Below are positions 62,872-64,000 of a stretch of DNA of 64,000 nucleotides, one piece after another. The stretch is from Bacillota bacterium. Lineage in GTDB: Bacteria; Bacillota; Clostridia; Peptostreptococcales; Anaerovoracaceae. The stretch lies in NCBI GenBank assembly GCA_022793795.1, contig JAAWDM010000050.1, positions 476 to 64,475 on the forward strand. Direction: 5' to 3'. The notes beneath the pieces are model-generated. The model had not been told where the DNA came from, searched no databases, and saw only the letters and a program-made list of their open reading frames with translations. The position numbers and the translations under genes are program-made. Positions within the stretch are counted from its first letter, which is position 1. Each line of letters starts with the position of its first letter.

Positions 62872-63804
62872 ATGGACGCTATCATTAAATTGGTTATCGT
62901 TGTCATCGCTCTTTTGGTTCTGATCTGGCTGTTGGTTTCCAACATCCGGGTTGTACCGCAGGCAAAGGCTTATGTTGTAGAACGGCTAGGGGCTTATCAT
63001 TCCACTTGGCAGGTGGGTCTTCACTTTAAAATTCCTCTAATCGATAAGATTTCTCGTAAGGTTTCTTTAAAAGAGAAGGTCATTGACTTCCCACCGCAAC
63101 CGGTTATCACCAAGGATAATGTAACCATGGAAATTGACACTGTGGTATATTTCCAGATTACTGATCCGAAGCTCTATACCTATGGCGTGGAAAGTCCAAT
63201 GGATGCTATTGAAAACTTAACTGCAACCACCCTTAGAAATATCATCGGTGAACTGGAACTGGACGAATCTCTCACCAGTAGAGAGCATATCAATACTAAA
63301 ATCCGTATGGTATTAGATGAAGCCACCGACCCATGGGGTATCAAAATTAATCGTGTAGAGGTAAAGAACATTACGCCGCCTAAGGACATCCAGGTAGCCA
63401 TGGAAAAACAGATGCGTGCAGAACGTGAACGTCGTGAAGCCATTCTGATTGCAGAAGGTGAAAAGAAGTCAAAGGTGTTAATTGCAGAAGGTCAAAAGGA
63501 AGCCGCCATCTTACAGGCAGAAGCCGACAAGCAGGCCGCAATTTTGCAGGCTGAAGCTACCAAGCAGAAAGCCATCAAGGAGGCAGAGGGTGAATCAGAA
63601 GCCATTCTGATGATTAACAAAGCCACAGCCGATGGTCTTAGAATGATTAAGGAAGCTGGCGCTGACGATGCAGTTATTAAGTTGAAGAGTCTGGAAGCCT
63701 TCGAAAAGGCAGCAGACGGTCAATCCACTAAGATTATCATTCCTTCTGAAATCCAAGGTTTAGCGGGACTGGCAACCTCGGTAAAAGAATTTGTAAAAGA
63801 CTGA
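62872..63804 (+). CDS. SPFH/band-7 (stomatin/prohibitin-like) protein
   Basis: VVERLGAYHSTWQVGLHFKIPLIDK.. and a C-terminal Ala/Glu-rich coiled coil. The ATG at 62872 is preferred over the GTG at 62854. Confidence 0.88.
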   Translation: MDAIIKLVIVVIALLVLIWLLVSNIRVVPQAKAYVVERLGAYHSTWQVGLHFKIPLIDKISRKVSLKEKVIDFPPQPVITKDNVTMEIDTVVYFQITDPKLYTYGVESPMDAIENLTATTLRNIIGELELDESLTSREHINTKIRMVLDEATDPWGIKINRVEVKNITPPKDIQVAMEKQMRAERERREAILIAEGEKKSKVLIAEGQKEAAILQAEADKQAAILQAEATKQKAIKEAEGESEAILMINKATADGLRMIKEAGADDAVIKLKSLEAFEKAADGQSTKIIIPSEIQGLAGLATSVKEFVKD

Positions 63805-63840
63805 TTCCATATAATAAAGTAAATGAATTAAGAAATAGAT

Positions 63841-63880
63841 GCTGCTTTGGCCAGTAATTCTCGCTAAAGCAGCGTTTTTT
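63841..63880 (+). terminator. Rho-independent terminator of the nfeD-SPFH operon
   Basis: GCTGCTTT (63841-63848) / AAAGCAGC (63866-63873), followed by T6. Confidence 0.65.
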
Positions 63881-63914
63881 ATGATGAAATCTTTTGGCGC
63901 AGGAAGTTAAAGAA

Positions 63915-63955
63915 GAGCCAGACTGCATATTACCGCAGTCTGGCTCCTCTCTTTT
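63915..63955. terminator. Second strong hairpin (probably the terminator of a convergent gene beyond the right edge)
   Basis: GAGCCAGACTGC (63915-63926) / GCAGTCTGGCTC (63935-63946), perfect 12 bp, with T-rich flanks on both strands. Confidence 0.5.
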
Positions 63956-64000
63956 CATATATCTATCGCTAGTCTCCTAGCTAACTTTTGCCTCCAGCTC

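Overview
The window looks like a chromosomal segment of a low-GC, strictly anaerobic Firmicute. That placement is an inference from Clostridia-type gene content: AddB, PFOR/NifJ, OrtAB, a BclA-like collagen protein and a sigma-54 enhancer-binding protein. Most of it is housekeeping: lysS, greA, addB, tex, prfB, secA, birA-bioY, nifJ, gap, and several transporters.

The main points worth a second look are these:

1. **cas9 and tracrRNA.** The left edge carries about 1210 codons of a type II cas9. It is absent from the ORF track because it runs off the window. A divergent, well-formed tracrRNA candidate lies next to it. The cas1/cas2 genes and the array would lie outside the window.
2. **SOS cassette.** A LexA-box controlled cassette (TfoX-N, Y-family polymerase, YolD, alkyltransferase) sits directly beside the CRISPR locus.
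3. **Accessory block.** About 16 kb of accessory genes separates secA from prfB. It holds a LytTR two-component system with a MacB-type ABC transporter, a sigma-54 activator with a textbook -24/-12 promoter, decayed gene fragments and small unknown proteins.
4. **Unexplained non-coding repeats.** These are three copies of a 39-nt bipartite element upstream of prfB, an array of TCGA-centred palindromes with a GC-rich structured island upstream of the LytTR operon, and a 10-bp phased TCAAA repeat run next to a DeoR regulator.
5. **Apparent frameshifts.** At least four or five genes look frameshifted. This could be real decay or assembly indel error.

I found no rRNA, tRNA, CRISPR array, transposase or integrase. 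I did not find a clear, complete novel multi-gene system. All calls come from reading the sequence by eye; no searches were run.
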